The notes: a model not told the origin generated them from the letters alone. DNA of 64,000 nucleotides from an uncultured Candidatus Rokubacteria bacterium (GCA_963771355.1 CAVYTA010000008.1:89560-153559), one strand, 5' to 3'; counted from the stretch's first letter, positions 11,159 to 23,778 are shown. Translations and numbers: made by a program.

Positions 11159-14100
11159 CAGGCTTTCGGCCTTCGGCGCGCCACGCTGGCCGCCACCAGG
11201 TCGCGCACTTCGGCCAGCAGCTCGTCGCGGCCGTGGGTGCCCTTCTGGAGAATCTTCTGCACGTAGCCGTTGAGCCGCTCCCGGTCGTCGTGGGACAGGT
11301 CCTTGGCGGTGACGACGATGATGGGGATGGCCCGCCAGAGCTCGTGGCGGCGGAACTCGGCGACGAACTCGAAGCCGTCCATCTCCGGCATCATGAGGTC
11401 GAGGAGGACGACGCTGGGGGAGACATCGCGCAGGCGGTCGAGCGCCATCCGGCCGTTGGCCGCCTCCACCACCTCGAAGCCCTCGCTCTCGAGCATGCGC
11501 CGGAGCAGTGCGCGGGCGCCGGAGTCGTCGTCCACCACCAGGACGGGCCGGTCGCGCCGGTGCTGCTTCAGCACCGTCACCAGCCGTTCGCGATCGATCG
11601 GCTTGGTGAGGTAGTCGGAGGCGCCGAGGGCATAGCCCAGGTTCCGGTCGTCGACGATGGTCAGCATGACCACCGGGATGCCGGCCACGTCCGCGTCGGC
11701 CTTGAGGGCGGAGAGAACGGCCCAGCCGTCCATCCCCGGCATCATGACGTCGAGGGTGATGGCGTCGGGCCGCAGCTCGCGGGCGCGGCGGAGCCCTTCC
11801 TCGCCGCCGGCGGCGGTGACGACGCGGAAGCCCTCCCGGGTTAGGAAACGCTGCATCAGGTCCCGCACCGCCGCCTCGTCGTCGATTACGAGCACGGTGC
11901 CGATGCCCGATGCCACGGGCTCGGCCGGCGCGGCGGGCGCGGCGGCTTCCCCGGCCGCCTCGGCGACCCGAGCGGGCAGCCGGATCGTGAAAGTGCTGCC
12001 GTGGTCCGCCTCGCTCTCGGCGGTGACGTCGCCACCCATCATCCGGCAGAGCCGCCGGCTGAGCGCCAGGCCGAGGCCGGTGCCACCATACCGGCGCGAG
12101 GTGGCGGCATCGGCCTGGGTGAATGCCTCGAACAGCCTGGCGAGCTGCTCGGGCGTCATGCCAATGCCGGTGTCGCTGACCGCGAAGGCGAACCACTCCT
12201 GACCGTCCACCAAGTCGCGGCTTACCGCCAGCGTCACCGCCCCACGCTCGGTGAACTTGCAGGCGTTGCTCAGCAGATTGAACAGGGCCTGGCGCACCTT
12301 GGTCAGATCCGCGTGCATCGAGCCGATCGCGTCGGGGCAGCGCACCTCCAGGCGATTGTCGTTCCTGGCCGCCAGGGGCTGGATCACCGCCGCGATGTCC
12401 TGGACCAGGCGCGCCACGTCGAAGCTCTCGAGGTAGAGCTCCATCTTGCCGGCCTCGATCTTGGAGAGATCGAGCACGGCGTTGATGAGCTCCAGCAGGT
12501 GCTTGCCGGCCGCGTTGATCTTCTTGAGGTCGTCGGTGAACTGCTCGGCCCCGAGATCGGCGGCGTCCTCCTGGAGCATCTCGCTGTAGCCGATGATGGC
12601 ATTGAGCGGCGTACGCAGTTCGTGGGACATGTTGGCGAGGAACTCGGACTTGTGACGGTCGGCGGCCTCGAGCTGGCGGCTCTTGTCCCCGATCTCCCGG
12701 AAGAGGCGCGCGTTCTGGATGGCCACCGCCGACTGGGCGGCAAATGTCCTGAGCAGATCGATGACCTCCGAGGAGAACTCCCCGGGTGTCTTCTTGGAGA
12801 CGGTGAGACCTCCGACCAGGTGATCCTCGCGCAACAGCGGAATGCCCAGGAGCGCCCGCGTTCCCGTCTGCAACAGGACATCTCGAAGGTGGCCGCTGTA
12901 CGCCCCCGCCTCGGCAATGTCGGCAACCTGGACCGGCTCGAGCGTCACGGCCATGCGCCCGGCGACACCCTCGCCCCGTCGGATCGGCGCCCGCCGGGCC
13001 ACGTCAACCACTTCCTCGGCGAGATTGTGGGTGGCACGGAACAGGAGTTCCTCAGCCCGCTCGTCGTACTCGTAGACCGTGCACGAGTCGGTGCCGGCGA
13101 GCTGGTTGGCGCGGGAGACGATCGTGCTGAGCACGGTCTCGAGGTCGAGCGTCGAGCCGAGAGCCTGGCTGACCTCGCCCAGCGCCTTGAGCTCCTGGAC
13201 CGACCGGGTGAGCTGGGCCGTGCGGGCTTGCAGCGCGTCGAGCAGCCGCGCGTTCTCGATGGCGATGGCCGCCTGGTCGGCGAAGGTTTCCATCAAGGCG
13301 ATCTGATTGTCCATGAATGGCCGGACCTCGTGCCTGTGGATCACGATGACCCCCAACAGCTCGTCCGCCCTGAGCATGGGGATCACCAGCACGGTCCGGT
13401 AAGGAGCAACCTGCTGCCCAGCGTAGGTGTACTCGGGATCGCTCCGGATATCGTGGATGTGGATGGTGCGCCGCTCAAGGGCCGCACGCCCGACGCCGCT
13501 CCCGCGTCCGGGCGCGATGGGATTCCGCTCGGTGAATGCTCTCAGCTCCGGGGAGACGTTGTGAGTGGCCACGACGCGCAGAACCTGACCGTCGAAGCGG
13601 AAGATCAATGCGCGTTCGGCCTCGCACAGCCTGATCGCGTTCTCGGCCAGCGTCTCGAAGACCGGCTGGAGATCGAAGGTGGACCGGCCGATCACCTTGA
13701 GCAGCTCGCTGGTCGCCGTCTGCTGCTCGAGCGCGACCCGCAGCTCGCCGTTTCGCTCCTCCAGTTCGGTGAACAGGCGGACGTTCTCGACGGCGATGAC
13801 CGCCTGATCGGCAAAGGTCTGGAGGAGAGCAATCTGATTGTCGGAGAACGCCCGTGGCGTTTCCCATATGTGGACGTTTATTGTGCCGATGGGGGACCCG
13901 TCACGAAGCATCGGCACCGCCAGCACGCTGGCAAGGCCGGCACCTGCCACCGCACGCACGCTGTAGTCTCGATCCCCTCGGACGTCTGGAATATGAACCG
14001 GTCGGCCTGTCAGGATGGTCCGCCCGGACGCGCTTCCCATGTGCGGCGCCATCGGGAATACGCTTCGCAGGGCCTCGGCCTGCTCAGGGGCCGTATTGTC

Positions 14101-17100
14101 GAGAGATTGCAGGTGCATTAATTCGCCGTCATACCTCACGACCTGGGCGCTACCGGCCTCACACAGCCTGCGGGCATTGTGGGCGATCGTGTCGAAGACC
14201 GGCTGGACGTTGGTCGGCGAGCTCGAGATCACGCGGAGAATCTCGCTCGTCGCCGTCTGCTGCTCGAGCGCCTCGGTGAGGTCTGCGTTCTTGGTCTGCA
14301 GCTCGGTGAGCAGCCGCGCATTCTCGATGGCGATGGCGGCCTGGTCGGCGAAGGTCTCCATCAGGGCGATGTGGCCGTCTGTGAACCGCCGGACCTCGTG
14401 CCGGTAGATGACGATCACTCCGAGCAGCTCCTCGGCTCTCAACATGGGGATCGCGAGCAACGTTCTGACAGGGTCCGCCACGTGCACCGCGTAGGTGACT
14501 TCCGAGTCGGCCAGCACGTCATGGATGTGGACTGTGCGCTTCTCGAGAGCAGCGCGAGCCGTGCCGCTATGGCGGCCGGGAGCAATAGGATTGCGCTCGA
14601 TGAATGATTGCAACTCGGGGGAGACATTATAGAAGGCCGCGGCTCGCAGGAGCTGAGCGTCGAAACGGAAGATGACCGCCCGCTCGGCTTCGCACAGCCG
14701 GACCGCGTTCTCGGCCAGCGTCTCGAAGACCGGCTGGAGCTCGAACGTGGACCGCCCGATCACCTTGAGCAGCTCGCTGGTCGCCGTCTGTTGCTCGAGG
14801 GACACGCGGAGCTCGCTGTTGCGCCCCTCCAGCTCGGTGAACAGGCGCACGTTCTCGATGGCGATCACCGCCTGGTCGGCGAAGGTCTGCAGCAGCCCGA
14901 TCTGCTTGTCCGAGAATGGCGCCACGTGATCCCGGGCAACGAGGATAGTCCCGATGGGCACGTTGTCGCGAAGCATCGGGACTGCGAGAGCGCTTCGATA
15001 GCCGGTCGTTGTTGCGATCGGAAGCGTATATTCGGGATCCTCAAGCACGTCTGGCACCTGGACGACGTTACGGGTCAAGATCGCCCGTCCGCTCACGCTC
15101 CCCCGGCTCGGAGGCAGCGGGTATGTCCGCCCCAGCGCATCCAATCGCTCCGCGCTGAGGTTGTGGTGCGCCACGAGATGCATGAGCCGCCCGTCAAACT
15201 GAATGACGAGACCATTGACTGCCCCCGAGAGTTGCGTGGCGCTCGCGGCGATCGCTTCGAAGGTCGGGCGGACGTCGGTCGGGGAGCTGCTGATGACGCG
15301 CAGGATCTCGCTGGTCGCCGTCTGCTGCTCGAGCGCCTCGGTGAGGTCGGCGTTCTTGGCCTGGAGCTCGGTGAGCAGCCGCGCGTTCTCGATGGCGATG
15401 GCCGCCTGGTCGGCGAAGGTCTCCATCAGGGCGATCTGACCGTCCGTGAAGGGCTGGACCTCGAGTCTGTAGATCGTGATCACGCCCAGGAGCTCATCCG
15501 CTCGGAGCATTGGTATCGCAAGCATGGTTCGAGTGGGATCAATCGTCTGCGCCCCGTAAGTGTATTCGGGATCGGCCTGGATGTCGTGAACGTGCGTGGT
15601 GCGCCGATCGAGTGCAGCGCGACCCGTGGTGCTTCCGCGTCCGAGGGGAATAGGATTCCTCTCGATGAAGCTCTTGAGATTGGGGGACACGTTGTGGGCG
15701 GTCACGACTCGCAAGACCTGACCGTCGAAGCGGAAGACCAAAGCTCGCTCGGCAGCGCACAACCGGACCGCGTTCTCGGCCAGGGTTTCGAAGACGGGCT
15801 GGAGATCGAAGGTGGAGCGGCCGATCACCTTGAGGAGCTCGCTCGTCGCGGTCTGCTGCTCGAGGGCGACGCGCAGCTCGGAGTTCCGCGCCTCCAGCTC
15901 GGTGAACAGGCGGACGTTCTCGATGGCGATGACGGCCTGGTCGGCGAAGGTCTTCAGCATCTCGATGTGGGCGGTAGCGAACCGTCCGGGTGCGCTGCGC
16001 TGGACAACGATGGTGCCGATCGGACTGCTATCCGCCCGGAGCATCGGCACGGCAAGCAGGCTTCGCCCGGCTGCCAGGTTGACCTGATATTCCGAGTCCT
16101 CCATCACGTCCGGGATTTCGGCGATGGCACACGTGAGAATCGCCCGCCCCGAGGCTTGTGAGTGGCTCGGACGCATCGGGTACGCTCGCCGCAGACCTTC
16201 CAGCACGTCTGGCGTCACGTCGTGTGCCACGACGTGAAGCTGCTCGCCGTCGAACCGATGCAAGACGCCGAAGCTCGCCCCGCACAGCTGCACCGCGTTC
16301 CGGACGATGGCATCGAACACCGGCTGGACGTCGGTCGGGGAACTGCTGATGACCCGCAGGATCTCGCTCGTCGCTGTCTGCTGCTCCAGGGCCTCGGTGA
16401 GGTCGGCGTTCTTGGCCTGCAGCTCGGTGAGCAGCCGCGCGTTCTCGATGGCGATGGCGGCCTGGTCGGCGAAGGTCTCTAGCAGGGCGATCTGGCTGTC
16501 GGTGAACGGTCGGACCTCGTGTCTGTAGATCAAGATCACGCCCAGCAACTCGTCCGCCCTGAGCATGGGGACCGTGAGTATGGTTCGAAACGGGTCCACC
16601 TGCCGCGAGCCGTAGGTGTACTCGGGGTCGGTCTGGACATCATGGATGTGGACGGTGCGCCGCTCGAGGGCGGCGCGCGCCGCGGCGCTGCTCCTTCCGG
16701 GCGCAATGGGATTCTGCTCGATGAAGGCTCTGATCTCGGCGGAAGCATTGTGAGTGGCTACAACGCGCAGGAGCTGACCGTCGAAGCGGAAGATGAACGA
16801 TCGTTCTGAGTCGCACAGTCTCACCGCGTTCTCGGCCAGCGTCTCGAAGACCGGCTGGAGGTCGAAGGTGGAGCGCCCGATCACCTTGAGCAGCTCGCTG
16901 GTGGCCGTCTGCTGTTCGAGAGCGACGCGGAGCTCACTGTTGCGTGCCCCGAGCTCGGTGAAGAGGCGCACGTTCTCAATGGCGATGACCGCCTGATCGG
17001 CAAACGTCTTGAGCAGCTCGATCTGCTTGTCGCTGAAGGGGCGGACCTCCGTCCTGCGGATCAGAAGGCTGCCGATCGCCACCCCTTCGCGCACCAGAGG

Positions 17101-18634
17101 CGTCGCGAGTGTCGTGTGATGTCCTGCGGCTCTGGCCAGCGCCCGGCCTTCCGCGAACTCGGCTTCATCCGCCTCAGCGAGATTGTGAACATGGATCGGC
17201 TGCCGGTCGATGATCGCCCGGCCCATGACCGAGCCGCGGGTGAGCGGGAACGTCCGGCCCAAGACGCTGGCGATCGGTCCGTAATGGGCTGCGATCCGAC
17301 CCGTCTGGCCTTCCACGAGCACGAGCACCGCATCGAAAGCCGCACATACTCGGGCTGCGTTCTCGGCGACGGTATCCAGCACGGGCTGAAGGTCAGTCGG
17401 TGAGCCCGCGATCACGCGCAGGATCTCGCTCGTCGCCGTCTGCTGCTCCAGGGCCTCGGTGAGGTCGGCGTTCTTGGCTTGGAGCTCGGTGAGCAGCCGC
17501 GCGTTCTCGATGGCGATGGCCGCCTGGTCGGCGAAGGTCTCCATGAGAGCGATCTGACCGTCGGTGAACGGCCGCACCACATGCCGGTAGATGAAGATCA
17601 CTCCGAGCAGCTCATCCGCGCGCATTATGGGGATCCCGAGCGCGGTGCGAATGGGGATTGTGTCGGCCTGTGCGAGCCTGATAGGTGTGCTCTGGGTCGG
17701 CCTGGACATCCGGAATGTGGATCGTGCGTCGCTCGAGGGCGGCGCGCCCGGTGGCGCTGTTGCGCCCGGGGAAATGGGATTGCCCTCGAGGAACGCCCGG
17801 CGTCCGGCGGAGACATTGTGCGTGGCCACGAGACGGAGCAGCTGACCGTCGAAGCGGAAGATGGCGGCGCGTTCGGCCTCGCACAGCCTGACCGCATTCT
17901 CGGCCAGCGTGTCGAAGACCGGCTGGAGGTCGAAGGTGGACCGCCCGATCACCTTGAGCAGCTCGCTGGTCGCCGTCTGCTGCTCGAGGGCGACGCGGAG
18001 CTCGCGGTTGCGTGCGTCCAGCTCGGTGAACAGGCGCACGTTCTCGATAGCGATCACGGCCTGGTCGGCGAAGGTCTGGAGCAGCGCAACCTGCCGGTCG
18101 GTGAAGGGCAGGGCCTCGGTGCGGCGGAGCTGGATCACGCCGATGGCAGCGCCATTCTTCAGCAAGGGAACACTCAGCAGCGTCCGGTGGCCGAACCGTT
18201 GCGCGTAGCGACTCCCCTCCGGGAACTCACCGATCTCGGCCTGCACGTCGGCAATGTGGATGGTCCGCGCCTCCAGCACACTCCGACCGGCGATGGTGCC
18301 TCGGGCGAGGGCCAGAGTGAACTCGCCGACCGGGTCTACGGCGATCGGCCCATGATGGGCGACGAGGAGGAGTCGGTCGCCTCGCGAGCCGGAAGATGGT
18401 GGAATCCTGGGCCTCGCAGAGGCGGCCCGCGCTGGCCGTCACGGCGTCGAGTACCGGCTGGATGTCAATCGGCGAGCTGCTGATGATCCGGAGGATCTCG
18501 GCGGTGGCCGTCTGCTGCTCGAGGGCCTCGGCAAGCTTCGCCGCGAGCCCGTCGCTTCTCGCGCGCTCCTGCTCGAGCGCCTTGCGCAGCGCCTCGACTT
18601 CGAGGGCGAGATCAACCTTGGGCGCCGGCGCCAT
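11158..18634 (-). CDS. Giant hybrid histidine kinase: 11 GAF + HisKA + HATPase + 2 REC (about 2490 aa; frameshifts near 18280-18390 and a compensating pair near 17680-17770)
   Basis: Ten EQQTAT(S/A)E...FADQAxIAxEN units plus a final [34 protein letters not shown]; two receiver domains. Confidence 0.9.
13240..18530 (-). repeat. Intragenic tandem repeat: five copies of a ~1.06-kb two-GAF unit
   Basis: Near-identical nucleotide linkers (e.g. gtcgccgtctgctgctcgag, ttctcgatggcgatggccgcctggtcggcgaag) recur every ~530 bp, alternating two types. Confidence 0.85.
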
Positions 18635-18815
18635 CACTTCTCCTCGGGAGCAGGGTACCGAAAGTGCCCCGAGAGTAGCCCGCCGCGTCAGGGCCGGTCA
18701 AGGCGCGGGGGCACGGCCGGCCGCCCCGGGCGCGGCCCGGGCGTCGCGGGGGCGTCGTTGACAAGGGCCCCCCGATGGCCGACGGTAGGGGCATCCCGGT
18801 TCCAGGAGGAACGCG

Positions 18816-19928
18816 ATGAAGTTCGGCCTCTTCTACGAGCTGTCGGTGCCCCGCCCGTGGACGCGGGAGTCGGAGCGCACCGTCTACAACAACGCGCTGG
18901 AGCAGGTGAAGCTGGCCGACGAGCTGGGCTTCGATCAGGTGTGGGCGGTGGAGCACCACTTCCTCGAGGAGTATTCCCATTGCCCGGCGCCCGAGCTCTT
19001 CCTCACCGCCTGCGCCATGGTCACGCAGAAGATCCGGGTGGGCCACGGCATCGTCGTCTGCGTGCCCGAGTTCAATCACCCCATCAAGATCGCCGAGCGC
19101 ACCGCGGTGCTGGACATTCTTTCGGGCGGCCGCCTGGAGGTGGGCACCGGCCGCTCCGCCACCTGGACCGAGCTGGGCGGCTTTCGCTCCGATCCGGACA
19201 TCACCAAGAAGTCCTGGGACGAGTTCGTCCGCTGCCTGCCGAAGATGTGGACGCAGGAGACCTATGCCTACGAGGGCGAGTTCTGGTCCATGCCCGAGCG
19301 CACCATCATCCCCAAGGTGTACCAGCAGCCGCACCCGCCGCTCTGGGTGGCGGTGACGAGTCCCGGCACCGAGCTCGACGCCGCGGACCGCGGGCTCGGC
19401 TCGCTGGGCCTCACCTTCGGCCAGTTCGCCGAGCAGGAGCGCCGCATCGCCGAGTATCGCCGGCGCATCCAGCTCTGCGAGCCGGTGGGCGACTTCGTCA
19501 ACGATCAGGTGAGCACGGTGAACTTCCTCTACTGCCACGAGGACGACGAGCGCGGGCTCGCCACCGGCAAGCGCATGGCGGACTCGTTCAACTACCTCGC
19601 CTCCCAGCTCATCTCCGCCCGCGAGGCCTATCCCTCCCGGTCCTACCCGTCGCTGGGTCTCCTGCCGCAGCTTCGCCGCCAGGCCACCGGGCCCGACGCC
19701 GGCGAGCAGGCGGGCGAAGGCCTGGCGCTGGGGGGCCCCGAGCGCATCACCCGCGCGCTCAAGAAGTGGGAGGCGGTGGGAGTGGACCGGGTAAACTTTC
19801 TCCTGAACACGATGGAGATCATCCCCCAGGCGGACGTGCTCGCCAGCCTTCAGCTCTTCGCCCGCGAAGTCATGCCGGCCTTCCGCGACGCCAAGGCCGC
19901 CAACGGCGCCGCGAACGGGGGCGCGTGA
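18816..19928 (+). CDS. LLM-class flavin-dependent oxidoreductase
   Basis: ADELGFDQVWAVEHHF, HPIKIAERTAVLDILSGGRLEVGTGR, QPHPPLW. Confidence 0.92.
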   Translation: MKFGLFYELSVPRPWTRESERTVYNNALEQVKLADELGFDQVWAVEHHFLEEYSHCPAPELFLTACAMVTQKIRVGHGIVVCVPEFNHPIKIAERTAVLDILSGGRLEVGTGRSATWTELGGFRSDPDITKKSWDEFVRCLPKMWTQETYAYEGEFWSMPERTIIPKVYQQPHPPLWVAVTSPGTELDAADRGLGSLGLTFGQFAEQERRIAEYRRRIQLCEPVGDFVNDQVSTVNFLYCHEDDERGLATGKRMADSFNYLASQLISAREAYPSRSYPSLGLLPQLRRQATGPDAGEQAGEGLALGGPERITRALKKWEAVGVDRVNFLLNTMEIIPQADVLASLQLFAREVMPAFRDAKAANGAANGGA

Positions 19929-20695
19929 TGCCGCTGTTCGGCGCGCTCGAGCTCGACCGGGCCGCTCCGCGCCTGGCCACCTTGCGCGACCTCGACACCG
20001 AGCCGTGGACCCTGCCCCAGGCGGAGATCCTCCAGCTGGCGTTCGAGGTGCCGCGCGCCACGCAGGCGTTGCTGCCGCGCGCCATGCACCCCGCCATCCC
20101 CCCCTACGTGACCCTTCACGTGACGCGCTACCCGGAGAGCCCGGCGGGCCCGTTCGCGCTGGCCACCCTCCGCCTGATGGCGCGGGCGGGCGCGCATCCG
20201 CGCGGCTTCTTCCTCGGCGCGGTGGCGAGCACGCCCGAGGCGGCCGCCGCGCTCCGCGAGCGCTGGGGCCTTCCCGCCGCCGCGGGCACGGTGACGCTGC
20301 GGCGCCGGCACGACCGCGTGATGGCGTCCGTCACCCGCGACGGCGCGCCCATTCTCGAGTGCGCGCTGGTGGATCCTCAGCCCATCTCGGGCGGCGACGT
20401 GCAGTACATCCACTCGGTGACCCTGGCGCAAGTCCCGCTCGACGGCACCACCGCCCCGTGGCTGGTGCAGGTGGACCCGCGCTACACCTTCCACAAGGCG
20501 GAGCGGGGCCGGCCCGAGGTGAGCCGGCTGGACGCGGAGGCCTGGAACGCGGCCGCGGTGCGGCTGCTCAATCCCATCGCGGCCACCGTCTGCACCGTCG
20601 ATACCGATCTGCCCCGCATCCGCTTCGTCATGGACCCGGAGGTGCCGGCCTGGAAGGGCACGCGGAAGATCCGCGACTCGCGGGAGGCCCTGTGA
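19928..20695 (+). CDS. Acetoacetate-decarboxylase-like family protein
   Basis: ALLPRAMHP, YPESPAGPF, LRERWGLP resemble the Adc fold; coupled to the LLM stop. Confidence 0.65.
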   Translation: MPLFGALELDRAAPRLATLRDLDTEPWTLPQAEILQLAFEVPRATQALLPRAMHPAIPPYVTLHVTRYPESPAGPFALATLRLMARAGAHPRGFFLGAVASTPEAAAALRERWGLPAAAGTVTLRRRHDRVMASVTRDGAPILECALVDPQPISGGDVQYIHSVTLAQVPLDGTTAPWLVQVDPRYTFHKAERGRPEVSRLDAEAWNAAAVRLLNPIAATVCTVDTDLPRIRFVMDPEVPAWKGTRKIRDSREAL

Positions 20696-21576
20696 GCGGG
20701 GGTGGCATCGGGGTCGTGCGCGCCCATCTCGCCAAGATTCCCCCGGCGAACACCGTGGCGGAGCGGCGGGCGCAGTACGACCGGGCCGAACGGGTCTTTC
20801 CCTTGCCGACCGATGTCAGCGTCAAGCCGGTGCACGTGCCGGCCATCCCCGCGGAGTGGATCGAGCCGTCGGCCGCGCGCGAGGGCGCCTTCGTGCTCTA
20901 TCTCCACGGCGGCGGCTACGTGATCGGCTCGCCGAGGTCGCACCGTCACCTGGCCGCCTCCATCGCGGTGGCCGCGCGCGCCTCCGTGCTGCTCCCCGAC
21001 TACCGGCTCGCGCCCGAGCACCCGTTCCCGGCCGCGCTCGAGGACGCGGTGGCGGCGTATCGCTGGCTGCTCGATCGCGGCACCGCCCCGCGCCGCATCG
21101 TCATCGCGGGCGACTCCGCGGGAGGCGGCCTCACCGTGGCCACGCTCGTCGCGCTGCGCGAGCGCGGGGTGCCGCTGCCCGCCGCCGGCGTCTGCATCTC
21201 GCCGTGGGTGGACCTCACCGGGAGCGGGGCCTCCTATGCCACCAAGGCCGCCTCCGATCCCATCGTGACCCGCGACGGCGTGATGGAGATGGCGCGCGCG
21301 TACCTGGGCGCCACCGACGCCCGGACCCCGCTGGCCTCCCCGCTCTTCGCCGACCTCACCGGGCTCCCGCCGCTCTTCATACAGGTTGGCACCGAGGAAG
21401 TCTTGCTGGACGACGCGATGGAGCTGGCCGAGCGCGCCAAGGCGGCAGGGGTGGAGGCCACGCTGGAGCTGTGGCCGGAGATGGTCCACGTCTGGCAGTG
21501 GTTCTTCCCCATGCTCGACGAAGGCCGCACCGCCATCGACGGCATCGGCGCCTTCGTGCAGGCGAAGACGGCGTGA
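20692..21576 (+). CDS. Alpha/beta hydrolase (HSL-family esterase)
   Basis: HGGGY, YRLAPEHPFPA, GDSAGG, EMVHVW. Confidence 0.92.
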   Translation: MSGGGIGVVRAHLAKIPPANTVAERRAQYDRAERVFPLPTDVSVKPVHVPAIPAEWIEPSAAREGAFVLYLHGGGYVIGSPRSHRHLAASIAVAARASVLLPDYRLAPEHPFPAALEDAVAAYRWLLDRGTAPRRIVIAGDSAGGGLTVATLVALRERGVPLPAAGVCISPWVDLTGSGASYATKAASDPIVTRDGVMEMARAYLGATDARTPLASPLFADLTGLPPLFIQVGTEEVLLDDAMELAERAKAAGVEATLELWPEMVHVWQWFFPMLDEGRTAIDGIGAFVQAKTA

Positions 21577-21586
21577 GGGCGACCCC

Positions 21587-22585
21587 ATGACGACCGCCAC
21601 CCGGAGCGCGCTCCACACCCCGATCTGCGATCTCCTCGGCATCCGCTACCCGATCTGCCAGGCGGGCATGGGCTATGTGGCGCGTTCCGCGCTGGCCGCC
21701 GCCGTCTCCGAGGCGGGCGGGCTCGGCGTCATCGCCGCCGCCAACCTGACCCCACGCGAGCTGAGGGAGGAGATCCGGAAGGTCCGCGACCACACCGATC
21801 GGCCGTTCGGCGTGGACATCCTCTTTGCGAGCGTGCGCGTGTCGGGGAGCGAGGCGGACCAGTTCACCGACACGGTGCGCGCCTGGGCCGACGTGACGCT
21901 CGAGCTCCAGGTGCCGGTGCTGGTGGCCGGGCTCGGCAATCCGGGGCCGGTGACCGCGGCGGCCCATCGCCAGGGCATGAAGGTGATGGCCCTCTGCGGC
22001 AACGTGAAGCAGGCGCTCGATCACGCCGCCAACGGCGTGGACGTGGTGATCGCCCAGGGCCACGAGGCCGGCGGCCACACCGGCCGCATCGCCGGCATGG
22101 TGCTCATCCCCGCGGTGGTGGACGCGGTGGCACCGCGCCTGGTGATGGCGGCGGGCGGCATGGCCGACGGTCGCGGCATCGTGGCCGCGCTGGCGCTGGG
22201 GGCCCAGGGCGTGTGGATGGGCACGCGCTTCATCGCCACGCCCGAGGCGTACTGCCACGACAACTACAAGCAGCGCGTGGTGGAGCTCGAGGAGGACGGC
22301 ACCGTGGTGACGCGCGCGGCCAGCGGCAAGCCGTGCCGCCTCATCCGCAACGCCTTCACGCGCGAGTGGGAAAAGCGCGAGGCGGAGATCCAGCCCTTCC
22401 CCATCCAGGGCGCGCGGGTGGGACGCGAGGCCGGCATCCGCGCGCGCGAGCAGGGGGATATCGAGAATGGCAATGCCCCGTGCGGCCAGTCGGCGGCGTT
22501 GATCCGCGGGATCGTCCCCGCCGGCGAGGTGGTGCGCCGCCTCGTGGCGGAGGCCGAGGACGTGCTCGCGCGGCTCGCCCGTTGA
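21587..22585 (+). CDS. Nitronate monooxygenase/FabK-like flavin oxidoreductase
   Basis: PICQAGMG, AQGHEAGGHTG, AAGGMADGRG, MGTRF. Confidence 0.9.
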   Translation: MTTATRSALHTPICDLLGIRYPICQAGMGYVARSALAAAVSEAGGLGVIAAANLTPRELREEIRKVRDHTDRPFGVDILFASVRVSGSEADQFTDTVRAWADVTLELQVPVLVAGLGNPGPVTAAAHRQGMKVMALCGNVKQALDHAANGVDVVIAQGHEAGGHTGRIAGMVLIPAVVDAVAPRLVMAAGGMADGRGIVAALALGAQGVWMGTRFIATPEAYCHDNYKQRVVELEEDGTVVTRAASGKPCRLIRNAFTREWEKREAEIQPFPIQGARVGREAGIRAREQGDIENGNAPCGQSAALIRGIVPAGEVVRRLVAEAEDVLARLAR

Positions 22586-22599
22586 GGCGCGAGACCTTC

Positions 22600-23778
22600 A
22601 TGGTCTCGATCCGCCTCATCGCGCTGGTGGCGAGCTTCGCCGTCCTGCTGGCGGGGGCCCGCCCCGCGCCCGCCCAGCAGACGCTGCGCGTCGGGGCCTC
22701 GCTCTCCCTCACCGGCACCTACGCCAAGCCCGGCCTCTACAGCCGCGAGGGCTATGCGCTCTGCCAGAAGCACCTCAACGAGGGGGCGGGGGTGCTGGGG
22801 CGGCCCATCGAGTTCGTGATCTACGACGACCGGTCCGATCCGCAGACCGGCGTACGCCTCTACGAGAAGCTCATCACCGAGGACCGCGTGGAGGCCGTGC
22901 TGGGGCCTTACTCCTCCGCCATCACCGAGGCCGTCGCCAATGTCGCCGAGAAGTACAAGAAGCTCCTGCTCGCGCCGCTGGGCTCCGCCGGCAGCATCTG
23001 GGAGAAGGGCCGGCGCTACGTGATCATGATGGTGTCACCGGCGGAGTCGTACATGGAGGGGCTGCTCGACCTCGCCGCGAAGAACGGGCTCAAGACGGTC
23101 GCCTTCATCTACGAGGACACGCTCTTTCCCAAGACCTCGGTGCGGGGGGCGATGGCGAGCGCCCGCAAGCGCGGGCTCGAGGTCGTGTTCCTGGAGGCCT
23201 ATCCCAAGGCGCAGACCGACTTCGCCGCGCTCCTCACCAAGATCAGGGCCGTCCGCCCCGACGTGCTCGCCGCCGCCACCTACTTCGACGACGTGGTGGC
23301 CATCACCCGCCAGATGAAGGATCTGGACGTCAACGTGAAGATGTTCGGCACCACCGTGGGCGGCGATCTGCCGGAGTTCTACAAGGCGCTGGGCCGCACC
23401 GGCGAGTACGTCTACGGCGCGTCCCAGTGGGAGCCGAGCCTCACGTATCCCGGCGCCCATGAGTTCGCCGCCACCTACGAGGCGGAGTTCAGCCGGCCCC
23501 CGTCCTATCACGCGGCCGCCGCCTATGCCGCCTGCTTGCTGCTGGCCGAGGCCATCAACCGCACCGGCAGCCTCGATCCCGAGCGCCTGCGCGACTACCT
23601 CTTCAAGCTCCGGACCACCACTGTCTTCGGCGGCTTCGACGTGGACGAGCGCGGCTATCAGGTCGGCCATCGCATGGTGACCATCCAGTGGCAGGAGGGC
23701 CGTCAGGTGGTGGTATGGCCGGAGGACGTCGCCACCGGCAGGATTCGCTTCCCCACCCCTCCCTGGAGCCAGCGATGA
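22600..23778 (+). CDS. Branched-chain amino-acid-type ABC substrate-binding protein (LivJ-like)
   Basis: Signal peptide, SLSLTG, YDDRSDP, LGPYSS. Confidence 0.88.
   Translation: MVSIRLIALVASFAVLLAGARPAPAQQTLRVGASLSLTGTYAKPGLYSREGYALCQKHLNEGAGVLGRPIEFVIYDDRSDPQTGVRLYEKLITEDRVEAVLGPYSSAITEAVANVAEKYKKLLLAPLGSAGSIWEKGRRYVIMMVSPAESYMEGLLDLAAKNGLKTVAFIYEDTLFPKTSVRGAMASARKRGLEVVFLEAYPKAQTDFAALLTKIRAVRPDVLAAATYFDDVVAITRQMKDLDVNVKMFGTTVGGDLPEFYKALGRTGEYVYGASQWEPSLTYPGAHEFAATYEAEFSRPPSYHAAAAYAACLLLAEAINRTGSLDPERLRDYLFKLRTTTVFGGFDVDERGYQVGHRMVTIQWQEGRQVVVWPEDVATGRIRFPTPPWSQR

Noticed and set aside
13240..18530. Regular repeats as CRISPR or a DGR template
   Set aside because: They are in-frame coding GAF linkers at ~530-bp period; no cas or reverse transcriptase gene is in the window.
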